Below are positions 13,148 through 25,900 of a stretch of 64,000 bases of DNA, piece by piece. Source of the DNA: Callorhinchus milii (lineage: Eukaryota); NCBI RefSeq assembly GCF_018977255.1, contig NW_024704742.1, forward strand, positions 48,982,001 to 49,046,000. Direction: 5' to 3'. The stretch's first letter is position 1; each line of letters opens with the position of its first letter. Below the pieces are notes generated by a model that saw only the letters and a list, made by a program, of their open reading frames with translations, was not told the DNA's origin and did not search any database. The position numbers were made by a program, and so were the translations under genes.

Positions 13148-16100
13148 CCAACGTGTAAAGATGTATCAGGTCACAGTGAGGGATGTGACGATTATCAGTG
13201 GTGTCACATCACACACCACATTTTATTGCATGTCCGCATGTTCATTAAGTCTGGAGGACAAAACATGTTATCACTGACATGCTAGTAACATGCTTCAATT
13301 TTCACTGACCTACTAACAACATGTGTCAGCCAACAGAAAAATATTGCACTGGGGTTTTTGTGGACAAGTCATAGATTTTCAGAGCTAATGCCTGAGCAGT
13401 AAATCAATGTTAGAAAATGATGTTTAGTTCACATCTAAATTTTTGTATAAATACACTGGGAGGGAATTATACTGATTATGTCAGATCTCTTGGGGTGTCA
13501 CAATTGTCTGAAGTTGCTAAATTCTTAGATACTGTATTTCAGATGTGCTGATAACAAAATTGGGGAAATGAGATGTCATTATTGAGTTTAATTCTGTGAG
13601 GAGACTGAACTTTAATAATAATTTGACAATGCCTTTCACATTGGTACGACATCTCAAAGTGTTTCACAGGATTTACTGTAAAGTGTAGTGACTGTGAATT
13701 TGTAAGCGAACATGGCAGCCTATAATTGAATAGATACTTTAATACAATACAAATTTATATTTATATAATGCCTTTCACAAATAAAATGGAACCATCTGGG
13801 TTAATGACTGTGGGGTGGAGAAAAAAACCCAGTTCATAACAGATTTGTTTTCATCCTATATCCTAAAAGAAATTAAGAAAATATATTGGGAGAGGAAAAC
13901 AACCGGATGATCTATGTGTCATATTTCTCAATGTAACATCATATATAAGTGATATATTTCAGCCAGTATTAGCTGATACCCTAATCCATGCATTCATTAC
14001 GTCCAGGCTTGACTGCCAACTTGCCAACTACCCAATTCTTCCCTATACAAGCTGCAGACTATCCCGAACTTTGCAGCCTCTGTCATTTTCTGCCTTAGGC
14101 TCAAGGAGTCTATCACCACCATCCTCATCCAGCTCCATTGGTTTCCCATCTCCCAGCAGATCAAATTTGAGATCCTCGTCTTCACCTTTAAATCCCTACA
14201 TGGTTATGTGTTACCTTACCTTTGCTCAGTGAGAACCAGCCTTCTCTATTCCCCTGCCCTACCCACCCACCCTCAGCAGTTGGGATTTCAGTTTTTCTGC
14301 CTATATTCTCTGGAACTCCATCTTGGAGTCCCTCCAACTCTCCCCTCTCTCATTTCTTTCAAGGTCCGTCTCAAGTCCTTCCTCTTTGATTGCACCTTCG
14401 GTCATCTTCTCCTTCCCCACCCTCAGCCCCCGCCTCTCTCAGCTTGCATCCCCAGCTCAGGTGCCAAGCTAGGACTATTATGACCTTGGGACATCCTCCC
14501 AATGTGAAAGGCACAATATAAATGTAAATTTGGTGTATCACTGTTGTGTCCTGTATTTGTAACCAATTGCAAAAAGTTTGTCAAATATTTCTGCAAAGAC
14601 CCTGTTGTTTTAAATTAGTTCCTCTACATCAGTTTTGTCTAATAGAAATTACTGACTAGCCAGAGATTTGGCTACGGCAACATGGTTTTAGGCACGTACA
14701 CTAATTTTAGAAGAAAACGCCTTAAATACAGTCACACAATACAGGTAAATGCACATCACATGTATGTTAACATGTATATTGACTTTAAGAACATCTACTT
14801 AACTAACATCTATCACCATTCAGTGTGAAATTTTCCAGTCTTTCTCTTTCACAAAACTTTGTAATATATATAGGGACACATAACAGGAGTAGGCTATTCA
14901 GCCCATCGAGCCTGTTCTACCATTCTATTACATGGCTGATCTGTACCTCAATGCAAAATAATTTTTCTTATGTGAGACCCGCCAGACCCTCCCCTGCTCT
15001 CCATCCAACACAGTTGCCCTTTGCCAAGACGTGCCCAGTTGGAGCAGCACCTTGGGGCATCCTCCTGATGTGAAAAGTGCAAAACAAACATAATTTGTTG
15101 TTGCCTGTTATTAGCTGTGTTTCTTCTTTTGGCCTGGAGTGGTTATTCCGATTGGTCGCGCTGACCACCATTGACAGCTGCCCTCTCCATACAATATAAT
15201 CCTACTCCCTCCCTCCGCTCAGCGGGCTCTGGCCTGCTTCACACCCCACATCTCGCCTGCCCCATTGGCGGGTGGGCCTTCTGTTACTCTGCCCCCACCC
15301 TCTGAAACTCCATCCCGCAGTCCCTTCGCCTCGCCCCCTCCCTTGCCACCTTGAAGACCCATCTCAAGACCCTCCTCTTCGACCGTGCTTTCGATCTCCC
15401 TGCTTCCCCCCCTGCCCTCCGCCACCCCGACCCTCAGCTCGGGTCCGTAACTCTGTCTGTTCAGCGCCTTGGGACGTCCTCCCAACGTGAAAGGCGCCAT
15501 ACAAATGTAATTTTGCTGTTGTATTGCTGGAGTTTCCATGGTACTGAAATCTGGCATTTTCCTTCATGTAACACACCATTTTAGCAGATAACCAATCAGC
15601 AGTAACCAAGGAAATAAACCACACAGAACGATCAAAACACACTTGCACACCCTGCTTTTCATCTTACTGTTTTATCAACAAATGCATAAAAATGTCAAAG
15701 TACACATGCATACACTGTTCTGCCCAATTTACTTTGTTGTTTGCTTTGGGCATCTGTTTGTGAGTCAACAAACCTCACTCATTGGAAATGACAAATTACT
15801 GATTATGGTTTGATGCATGTTTCTTTTACCTAACACAGTGGCAGCCAGCTGTTTAAAATCCAGCACCTTGGGACGTCCTGCCGATGTGAAAGGCACGACA
15901 CAAATGTAATTTTGTTGTTGTTGTTTGCAAACCAATCGCACTCATGGTTAGTCACTACGCATCACAGTGAAATCCCTTGAGGCCATTTGAAATATTTAAG
16001 CGATGTGATAAGGAGCCATATGAAATGCAAAGATTATTTATAAGGAACTCCTAATAATTTTCTTCATGCACTGCTGACATTTCCAACAAAAACCACACAA

Positions 16101-16189
16101 CCCCCTCCCCCGGTTGTCTAACCATGTAAGCTGACCCAACATTTTTGGTGGATTATTTTTCTGGGGGTAATAATTTCTTTAAAAAATTA

Positions 16190-16350
16190 AAATTGGTCAC
16201 TTCAATCCACGACTGTTTGTGGGACACTGCTGTGCACAATTGGCGGGTTTTGCCCATAAAATATAGACAATTCACTTTACAGTATATTCTGTGAAGCGCT
16301 TCGAGACGTCTCAACGACGTGATAAGGCGCTATATCAAATCCAAGGATTA
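16190..16350 (+). mobile_element. SINE 3' half
   Basis: Matches 3' part of the 7322 copy. Confidence 0.85.
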
Positions 16351-16659
16351 TAATAATAATCCTTGCGTTTGATATAGCACTTTTCACGTCTTCTAGACGT
16401 CTCAAAGCGCTGCACAGAATAGACTGTAAAGTGAATTGACTGTATATTTGTGGGCGAACGCGGCAGCCAATTGTGCGCAGCAGTGTCCCAAAACAGTCGT
16501 AGATTGAAAATGACCAATTTATTATTGTTTTGCTTTTTGGAGGATTATTATTAGGCTCTGTGTGGAGTAAGGAAACTTGCCCAAGGTTTCGCCCTGCCTG
16601 GAATTGAACCCAGGTGTCTCGCTTGCGAGGCGAGTGCTCTAACCACTGAGCTACAGGAC
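16351..16659 (-). mobile_element. full-length SINE
   Basis: Reverse complement of the 7322 family. Confidence 0.92.
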
Positions 16660-16739
16660 AGGAATCCAGGACTGTTCAGAATAAAAGATCAATATTATTA
16701 TTGATGTATAACTAACATTGAGGTAACCGTGAACCTATT

Positions 16740-17456
16740 AACCCCATCCTCGCCCGACTCCATTGGCTTCCCATCAAACTGCATCACACAGGATACAGTT
16801 TAAGAACCTGGTCCTCACCTTCAATGCCCTCCAGTGGAGTCCTGTAGCTCAGTAAGTTTCCTTACTCCACACAGAGCCTAATAATAATCCCTCCTAAACC
16901 AAAAACAATAATAAATTGGTCATTTTCAATCTACGACTGTTTGTGGGACACTGCTGTGCGCAATTGGCTGCCGCGTTCGCCTACAAATATACAGTCAATT
17001 CACTTTACAGTGTGTTCTGTGAAGCGCTTTGGGATGTCCTCCCGACATGAAAAGCGCTATATCAAATGCAAGGATTATTATTATTATTATTATGGACTTG
17101 CTCCCCCCCTACCTCTCCAACCTCCCAACCCCCTGCCATCGTGCTCGCTCCCTCCGCCCAGCGGGCTCCGGGCCGCTTCAGGTCTCGCCTGCCCCACTAT
17201 TGGCGGGTGGGGCTTCCGCCACTCCGCCCCCACCCTCTGGAACTCCATCCCGCAGTCCCTCCGTCTCGTCCCCTCCCTCGATGCCTTCAAGACCCACCTA
17301 AAGACCCTCCTCTTCGACCGTGCTTTCGATCTCCCTGCCCTGCCCTCCCCCACCCCGACCCCCGGCTCGGGTCCGAAACTCTGTCTGTGCAGCGCCTCGG
17401 GACGTCCTCCCGACATGAAAGTCGCTTTGCATGTGATGTTGTTGTTGTTGTTGTTG
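16740..17456 (+). mobile_element. L2 3' fragment directly upstream of the promoter (split by SINE)
   Basis: L2 C-terminal motifs and (TTG)n tail ending at about 17456. Confidence 0.88.
16833..17092 (+). mobile_element. SINE with internal deletion in tRNA head, nested in an L2 fragment
   Basis: GTAGCTCAGT joined directly to AAGTTTCCTTACTCC; L2 sequence on both sides. Confidence 0.88.
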
Positions 17457-17459
17457 AGG

Positions 17460-17970
17460 TGACACTGCACACAGCTGCTGCCCCGCCCCGCCCGGGAGGC
17501 CCCGCCCCGCCCGAGAGGCCCCGCCCCCGAGAGACCCCGCCCCCATGGAGGCCCCGCCCACTGGCACGGCATTCGGCAGCATTGTGACGAGCGACGTAGC
17601 ACGTTGGCACTGGCCGCGCGCAGGCGCTATGCGGCTCGCCCATGCCCGCTCTCGCGATGTTTGGCGCTCGCAGGCATGGTGTCCGGGAACTGAGAGCGGC
17701 GGCTGGAGCACAGTCAGCGAACGCGGCCCGAGCCCGGCACAGCCCCGGCCCGACATAGCACAGCCCCGGCCCCCAGCCCGGCACAGCACAGCCCCCGGCC
17801 CGGCACAGCCCGATCCCCGGCCCGGCACGGCACAGCCCGAGCCCCGGCACAGCCCCGGCCCGAGCCCGGCACAGCACAGGGGCGATGAGTCAGCGGCACC
17901 TTCACACACACGGGCAGGTAATGGTCAGGACAAACCCGGCCCCGGGTATTCCAGCAGCTCAGCTCCGCGA
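17460..17970 (+). promoter_or_regulatory. SLC30A9: CpG-island promoter of SLC30A9 with GC boxes, NRF1-like site and probable non-coding exon 1 ending at 17917
   Basis: Most CpG-dense non-TE stretch in the window. Contains multiple CCCCGCCC boxes (17480-17560), GCGCAGGCGC (17618-17627), TCTCGCGATG (17650-17659) and donor CAG|GTAATG at 17917/17918. Confidence 0.75.
17725..17878. repeat. GC-rich degenerate tandem repeat (GCCCGGCACAGCCCCGGCCCGA-like)
   Basis: Repeated GCCCGGCACAGC units visible directly. Confidence 0.85.
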
Positions 17971-17992
17971 GGCTCAACTGCCATTGGTTTAA

Positions 17993-19420
17993 ATGAGAGA
18001 ACGTCAGAGCACGAGAGACAGAATGAGAAAGACACAGAGAGAGTGAATGAGAGAGAGACACAGAGAGAGAGTGAATGAGAGAGAGACACAGAGAGAGAGT
18101 GAATGAGAGAGAGACACAGAGAGAGAGTGAATGAGAGAGAGACACAGAGAGAGAGTGAATGAGAGAGAGACACAGAGAGAGAGTGAATGAGAGAGAGACA
18201 CAGAGAGAGAGTGAATGAGAGAGAGACACAGAGAGAGAGTGAATGAGAGAGAGACACAGAGAGAGAGTGAATGAGAGAGAGACACAGAGAGAGAGTGAAT
18301 GAGAGAGAGACACAGAGAGAGAGTGAATGAGAGAGAGACACAGAGAGAGAGTGAATGAGAGAGAGACACAGAGAGAGAGTGAATGAGAGAGAGACACAGA
18401 GAGAGAGAGAATGAGAGAGAGACACAGAGAGAGAGAGAATGAGAGAGAGACAGAGAGAGAGAGAATGAGAGAGAGACACAGAGAGAGAGTGAATGAGAGA
18501 GAGTGAGAGAGAGTGAATGAGAAAGAGAGAGAGAGAGAATGAGAGAAACACAGAGAGAGAGAGTGAATGAGAAAGAGACACAGAGAGAGTGAATGAGAAA
18601 GAGACACAGAGAGAGAGTGAATGAGAAAGCGACAGAGAGAGTGAATGAGAAAGAGACAGAGAGAGTCACAGAGAGAGAGTGAATGAGAAAGAGACACAGA
18701 GAGAGAGAGAGTGAATAAGAAAGAGACAGAGAGAGAGTGAATGAGAGAGAGCGAGAGAGAGTGAATGAGAAAGAGAGAGAGAGAGAATGAGAGAAACACA
18801 GAGAGAGAGAGTGAATGAGAAAGAGACACAGAGAGAGTGAATGAGAAAGAGACACAGAGAGAGAGTGAATGAGAAAGCGACAGAGGGAGTGAATGAGAGA
18901 GAGTCAGAGAGAGAGAGTGAATGAGAGAGAGTCAGAGAGAGAGAGTGAATGAGAGAGAGTCAGAGAGAGAGAGTGAATGAGAGAGAGTCACAGAGAGAGA
19001 GTGAATGAGAGAGAGTCACAGAGAGAGAGTGAATGAGAGAGAGTCACAGAGAGAGAGAGACACAGAGAGAGAGTGAATGAGAGAGAGACACAGAGAGAGA
19101 GTGAATGAGAGAAAGTCACAGAGAGAGAGTGAATGAGAGAGAGTCACAGAGAGAGAGTGAATGAGAGAGAGTCACAGAGAGAGAGTGAATGAGAAAGAGA
19201 CACAGAGAGAGAGAGTGAATGAGAGAGACAGACAGAGTGAGAAAGAGAGACAGAGAGAGTGAGAAAGAGAGAGTGAGAAAGAGAGACAGAGTGAGAAAGA
19301 GAGACAGAGAGAGAGTGAGAAAATGGGAAAGAGACAAACAGACAAACGGAGAGAGAGAATGGGAAAGAGAGACAGAATGAAAAAGAGAGAGAATGATAGA
19401 GACACAGAGAATGAGAAAGG
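17993..19420. repeat. purine-rich minisatellite, ~28-nt unit CAGAGAGAGAGTGAATGAGAGAGAGACA
   Basis: Dozens of tandem units, degenerating towards the 3' end. Confidence 0.97.
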
Positions 19421-20292
19421 AGTGACGGTGACACGATGCAGGGTTTGTGATTGAGCCGAGTTTAAGGGAAAATGCACTGATTCAGGAATGTACATTGTCA
19501 CATGGCTGCAGTTTGACTGAAATAGCTCATTGATAATCAGCCTATGAGATGGGTCTTTGGCCGACTGATAGTCTGCAGTGTTTGCTGAATGTATTAGTTG
19601 GTACCGAATACTGTATTTGTGGCACCAGCTCATTACTCAGCACATAGATTGAAAAACACTTCTATATACTATATTCTATATAATATATATATATTCGATA
19701 TACAACTGTTTGTGGGACACTGTTGTGTGCAATTGGCTGCCGCATTTCACCCACAAAATATAGTCAATTTACTTTCCAGTAGATTCTGTGAAGCGCTTTG
19801 AGACGTCTTGAAGACGTAATAAGGTGCTTTATCAAATGCAAGGATTATATTATTATATTTCTGTTTGCTTTTTTAAATGATTGTATATTCCAATCCCAGT
19901 GACATAGTACAAAACAACAGTTTTCTGTGGGCTATATGCTACAGGACTCGATGCAATTGATTAATGCCATAAATGCAAATGATGGCATAAATAATCCAGA
20001 AATATTCAATCAAGAAAATTTATTTTGTTGACCGAGCATAAAGGTTGGCCACCATTGCTCTAGGGTAAATCCTGTGAAGCGATTGAGATGTTAGATGATG
20101 TAAGAATCAAGTATGCTGGTGCATATATATTGGAGCCATGGTGTATTCCCAGGAAAGCTGTTGAGATTCCACATGTGTCAGATACAACGACAAATTGGAA
20201 CTGGGTTTGATTCCCAGGTAGGGCGAAATGTCAGGTATCTCCTGAATTGAAAAGGATAATAATAATAATCCTTGCATTTGATATAGCGCCTT

Positions 20293-20640
20293 ATCCTCCG
20301 TTCCTCTGGCTCCGGTCTGCTCCACATCCCCCGCCCTAACCGCCCTACCATCGGTGGTCGGGCTTTCAGCGTCTCAGCCCCGAGGCTCTGGAACTCCATC
20401 CCCCAGTGCCTTCGCCGCTTCCTCCCTTTCCTCCTTCAAGGCCGGTCTCAAGACCTTTCTCTTTGACCGTGCCTTCAGCTCCCCTCTCGACTCTCTACCC
20501 CCTCCTCGCTCCCTCCCTTCCCTCCCCTCACCCTGACCATGTCCCCCCCAAGGCTCGGGTCCTGACCCAACTGTCCAGCGCCTTGGGACGTCCTCCCGAA
20601 GTGAAAGGCGCTCTATAAATGAAATCTTGTTTTTGTTGTT
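20293..20640 (+). mobile_element. L2 3' fragment nested in a minus-strand SINE (20257-20750)
   Basis: SINE sequence resumes after the insert; TTATC on both sides. Confidence 0.88.
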
Positions 20641-20935
20641 ATCACGTTTGCAAGACGTCTCAAACTGCTTCACAGAATATACTGTAAAGTGAATTTATTG
20701 TATATTTTGTGGGCGAATCCCAGCAGCTAATTGCGCACAGCAGTTCCATCTCATAAGCTGATTATCCACTACTCCACTGTACTGTAAATCCTGCGAGGGG
20801 TTTTGACATATGTCCTCCTCAGGTGAAAGGCTTGTAAGGATTATTCTAGATGGCGTAAAAATTCCGCCTTTCCATTTCTGATCTAAGGAAACATCTTTAC
20901 TGTAGATTGGTGACTGTGTATTTTGTTAATACATC

Positions 20936-21264
20936 GTGGAGCCCTGTAGCTCAGTGGTTAGAGCACTCGCTTTGCAAGCGAGAGACCTGAGTTCAATTCC
21001 AGGCAGGTCAGGGCGAAACCTTGGGCAAATTTTCTTACTCCACACACAGCCTAATAATAATCCCTCCAAAACCAAACAATAATAAATTGGTCATTTTCAA
21101 TCTACGACTGTTTGTGGGACATTGCTGTGCGCAATTGGCTGCCGCGTTCGCCCACAAATATACAGTCAATTCACTTTACAGTGTGTTCTGTGAAGCGCTT
21201 TGGGACGTCCTCCCGACGTGAAAAGCGCTATATCAAATGCAAGGATTATTATTATTATTATTAT
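20936..21264 (+). mobile_element. full-length SINE
   Basis: Near-identical to 7322 copy. Confidence 0.93.
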
Positions 21265-21439
21265 CAATGAGCTATTTCAGTCAAACTACAGCAATCTGAC
21301 AATGTGCATTCCTGAATTAGTGGACCTTCCTTTAAACTTGGCTCAATTACAAACTCTGTATTAAGATTTTTTTGTTGGTCAGTTGGGTATTTTCCGAATT
21401 GAAAAGCAGTATATAAATGCAATTTGTTGTTGTATCTCA

Positions 21440-21930
21440 TCCATGCGTTCATCAAATCCAGGCTTGGCTATGCCAACTCGCTGCTTGTCGGCCTTCCCAA
21501 ATCTTCTCTCTACAAGCTGTAGATCATCCAGAACTCTGCAGCTCGTGTCCTCTCCCGCACTGGGCTCCGTCTATCACCGTACCCTTGCCTGGCTCCACTG
21601 GCTTCCCATCCACCAGAGGATAGAATTCAAAATCCTTGTCCTCGCCTTCGAGGCTCTCCACGGCCTTGCTCCTTCCTGCCATTGTGACCTGTTAACCCCA
21701 TATCAACCTTTCGTTCCCTCCACTCAGCAGGCTGTGGCCTGCTCCACATCCTCCGCTCAGCCCAGCCCGGCCCACCATCAGCGGTCGAGCCTTCAGCCTC
21801 TCTGCCCCCACCCTTTGGAACTCCATCCCACATTCCCATTATCTCGCTCCCTCCCTTGCCTCCTTCAAGGCACGTCTCAAGACCCTCCTCTTCAACTGCG
21901 CCTTCAGCCCTGCCCTCCATCCTCCCTGAA
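21440..21930 (+). mobile_element. L2 3' fragment (further + strand fragments ~2790-3120, 6790-7030, 7900-8660, 13970-14530, 15190-15520, 22360-22800, 56520-57050, 57540-57656; - strand ~53400-53750)
   Basis: [17 protein letters not shown] motif; the other listed fragments share L2 3' sequence or the tail CTTGGGACGTCCTCCCGACGTGAAAGGCGC. Confidence 0.8.
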
Positions 21931-22888
21931 GAGTATCCAATCCAGAAGTGGTCATTCTCTGCAGTGGTCGTCATTCCATTGCCTAGACTCATGCACATGT
22001 TTCTACTTCTTAATGGCCCTGTTTGGCACAGGTTGGTCACTACTGGCATAAAGTGTAGGGAATGTATTTTGTAAGGGAATGCGACAGGCTGTTTTGTGCA
22101 GAGCAATATCCCACAAATAGTTGTGAAGTGATTGACCAGGTTTGTCTAGGGGCTTGATGGCCAGCTCACTGGGAGAAATTCCCTTCTGTTTTCCAATATT
22201 GCCATGTACAGGCAGACTGGCCTTCGGTTTAATATGTCACCCGAAGGACGGCATCTCTTAAAATGCAGTGTACTTCCATACTGTTTATATTTACAAATGG
22301 TAACTTAGTGTTGTACTCTGAACTCGGTAGCTAACTTGGCTCCTTGAGCTTTTCATCCCCATTTTCGCTCGGCTCCATTGGCTGCCCATTCCCTAGCAGG
22401 TTGAGTTCAAGATCCTTATTCTCACGTTTAAATTCCTCCAGAGCCATGTCCCACCTTATCTTTGTGACTTCCTCCAACCACACTATCCCAGCTGCTCACT
22501 TCACTCAGCGAACACTGCTTGTTTCATGGCCCCACCTCATACGCCCTCCAATGACAGACAGGCTTTCAAGTACTCTGCACCCATTCTCTAGAACTCCGTT
22601 CCAAGCCTCTCTGAATTGCTCCTTCTCTCCCCTCTTTCAAGGCACTTATCAAAAGGTACCTCTTTGACCGTGCTTTAGTTCCTTTCCGTTTCTCCATCCC
22701 TCTGGGCTCCAACCCCCAGCTTGAGTACCCCCTGTTGCTATACCCTCCCCTTCCCCCCCCCCCCCAAAGTAAGAGGTGATATATAAATGTAAATTGCATT
22801 TATATCAGAAATCCATTCTATGACATCTATAATAAGTTTACATTTAATTATTTTCAAAGGAAGAACTGTCTCCTAAAGCCAAGTGAAG

Positions 22889-22976
22889 ATGTTTCTTGCT
22901 CTGGCACATAAACCCTGGTACACGTTGTGCAAGTTCTACCTGCAACATGCTGTTGGAGTGAATCGAGTCCAATATG
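22889..22976 (+). CDS. SLC30A9: coding exon 1 (exon starts 22860; [29 protein letters not shown], mitochondrial-presequence-like)
   Basis: Acceptor TTTTCAAAG|G at 22859/22860, ATG 22889, donor G|GTGAGT; in phase with next exon; no acidic residues. Confidence 0.8.
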
Positions 22977-25900
22977 GTGAGTGTAACACAAACTTTTCCA
23001 AACTGCTGGAAAATTTGTCCTAAAGGGGTCAGTAGTTTTTGTCCAATTACTGGATAGGTTGATCAGTAGAGTGTATTAAATTCTTAAAAGGCACAGTAAG
23101 TTCTATATTTAACAGGTATTTTACCCATCTGTTTGTATACAATTTGTGAATTATGATAGCAATATATTGGTGATTTATAATCATATTTGTAAAGCTTAAT
23201 ATTTTGCTGTTTACAAAATATTTGGAAGCCCTTTCTATAGAAAGTTAAAACTTGTTTTGCAGATTAAGAAGTCATAATTGTTCAAATGGGTTCGAAAATA
23301 TCTCCTTGAAGTCAAACAACAATAACAAAATTACATTTGTAAAATGCCTTTCATGTCGGGAAATTAAAGATATTAAGTTCATATTTATAGAAAGTATGTA
23401 TATGCTTCATCATTCTACCTTGATGTGCTGTAGTGTACTAGTTTGAGCAATTGCCCCGCAAACGAGAGGATCCAGGTTCGATTCCTGGGTAGGGCGATAC
23501 CTTAGGCAGGTTTCCTTACTCATTCTACCTTGATTCATCACCTATATCAAATGCAAGAATTATTATTTTTATTATTACCTTACAAAGTTTATACAGCTAT
23601 AGCCTTGTTAAGTGGAAAATGATCCTTGGTGAGTTATACATTTCTTTATGTGATGATCTTTTCATTTCTATTTTTAGTGTACCAGGGCCCTGTGACCAGC
23701 AGAAACCTCTGGCGCAGGATACCATCTAGTCTACTTCCTATCAGCACTGGTGCCCAACTACGTTTATATTCCTCAGACGACCAAAAGGATGGCACTTCAA
23801 AAGGAGCTGTGGAAGATAACATCAATACCTCAGCATCCACATCGGAGACCTCTACTGCTCAACAAAGCCCCAAAAAACCTAGTAAGATCACATTTTTTTC
23901 CATTGGAAATTGCTACTGACCTCTTTAGAAGGTCAACCATCTTTTTTTTCTCTCTTATTGGCTCTCACACCTTGATATTTAATTGAATACACTAGTCTAT
24001 TTTAATATTTTTATTGAAAAAATTCACCTGGCTCACACTGTCACACTAGTGCATCTGATTTTGTTGCAAATCTACAATTGTATTAAAATATGAAATTTAA
24101 AGTATAGAAACAAGGCCAGTTACTTCTGATTCAGGCATCTAGCTAATAGTTTTCTGAAATTGCAGTGTGACTGAACCTAATCACATTTGTTTAACCTTTC
24201 TCCTTCCCAGTTTCCTGAACTAGACCATTCTTAATGTTTGTACCTAAACAACAACAACTTGCATTTACATAGCGCCCTTCATGCGGGACAGGGGCTCAGA
24301 GTGCTTCAGCGTTGTGTTGGCATGCTGGAATATTTGGCAAATGGAACAATCCAATTCTCACTTGAATCCAAAAAAAACTCATGGTTTTCGACTTAACATT
24401 ATTGTCTTAAAATTTAGGATTGTGTACAGTTTTGAAACTGTTTAAATTTAGTTTCAGTTTGCAAGCTGATTGTTGCAGAAGACTGACTTCCAAATTCAGA
24501 CTGAATTTAAGAATTTTCTAAAATTTTGCATGATCTTAATCCTTGCATTTGATATAGCGCCTTATCACGTTGTCAAGATGCCTCAAAGCGCTTACATTTT
24601 AAGGCTGAAACCATGGGGCGTTTGGGGCCTCTGATGTCTACATTTGCACTTACCAGCAGAGGTCACCAACAACAATAAGGAGTGGAAACCTGAATGATAA
24701 TTCCCTCCTTTCCACACCAAGGGATACATGCATGAGGGCAACTCATTGCGCTGGCTGTGATCACGTAAACTCAACACAATTAAACCCAGGATTTTCGTGG
24801 TTTATAAACTCAGTACCATGTTATGTGATGCACTTACCAAGAATCATCAAGGAGTTCAAATTTGAAATGTTGATTATTAATGCTTCATTTTTATCGTAGC
24901 TGAATTGAGATCAATTGTTATGACAGCCAAATAAATTAATTCAAGAGAGCTAACTATTCACTTCAGTACCTTCAGAGTCTTGACTGTATTCAATTCCTTA
25001 GATTTCCTAAAATAGAGTCTGCAATAAACGTCTAATTTCTATTTATAGTTATATAGACATCATTATATTTATATTAACCGTTGTATTCTGGTTATAGTTC
25101 TATAGATTTGACTCTTTTCAAATAATTGTTTGTATTTTCTGAGTATCAATTGACATTACTTGTTTCCACTTACACAGAATTGAGTGGTTCTGTTCAACCT
25201 ACTGTGGAGCAAATTCAAGTAAAAGGTAACTATTTTTAGTTTTGTTAGTTTGTCAAACTGTAGTTGCAGGTTCCTACCTAGCACAGTTGCCGCAATTGAA
25301 CGACTACAATGGTGATTTAAGAGCATAGAATTAGTGTGTGTATGCTTGTTTTTTTTCATTTGTTTAACATTGAACCCATCAAACCTATTCTGCCAGTTTA
25401 TTAGGTCATGACCTGTGCCAATAGAAATGTGCAGAAATATTTGCCAAAACTTGCGAGGAATTTAAATATTTTGTAGGGGAATTTGGGGAATTTGACAAAT
25501 TTTGATTAGTGCTATTGAGGTACATTTTACTACCATCCTACATTTTTTCCCTTTATTGATAAAAACTACAACAACAACACCAAGATTACATTTGTATAGC
25601 GCTTCTTAGTTGGGAGGATGTCCCAAGGCGCTGGACAGTGTACAGCATTTCAACAACAATAACAACTTGGATTTATATAGCGTCCTCCACGCCGGACGGC
25701 GTCTCAGAGCACTTTACAGTTTTGGATCCCGGGACCGAGCCAGGGGGAGGGGGAGGAAGGTGACCAAAGGCGCGGTTGAAAAGAAAGGTCTTCAGCAGAG
25801 ACCTGAAAATGGGAAGGGAGGGAGCGAGATTAAGGGAGTGAGGAAGGGAATTCCAGCGCCTCGGGGCATAGTGGCTGAAGGCACGGCCGCTGAGAATGGA

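Noticed and set aside
1..17400. Upstream neighbour gene (TMEM33 lies upstream in mammals)
   Set aside because: No recognisable coding exons seen in this interval.
16941..18078. Overlapping 170-200 aa ORFs on both strands
   Set aside because: Result from GC-rich L2, CpG-island and tandem-repeat sequence with few stop codons; no recognisable protein.
17714..19633. Long Ser/Leu/His-rich ORFs on the minus strand (up to 371 aa)
   Set aside because: Translations of the GA-rich minisatellite.
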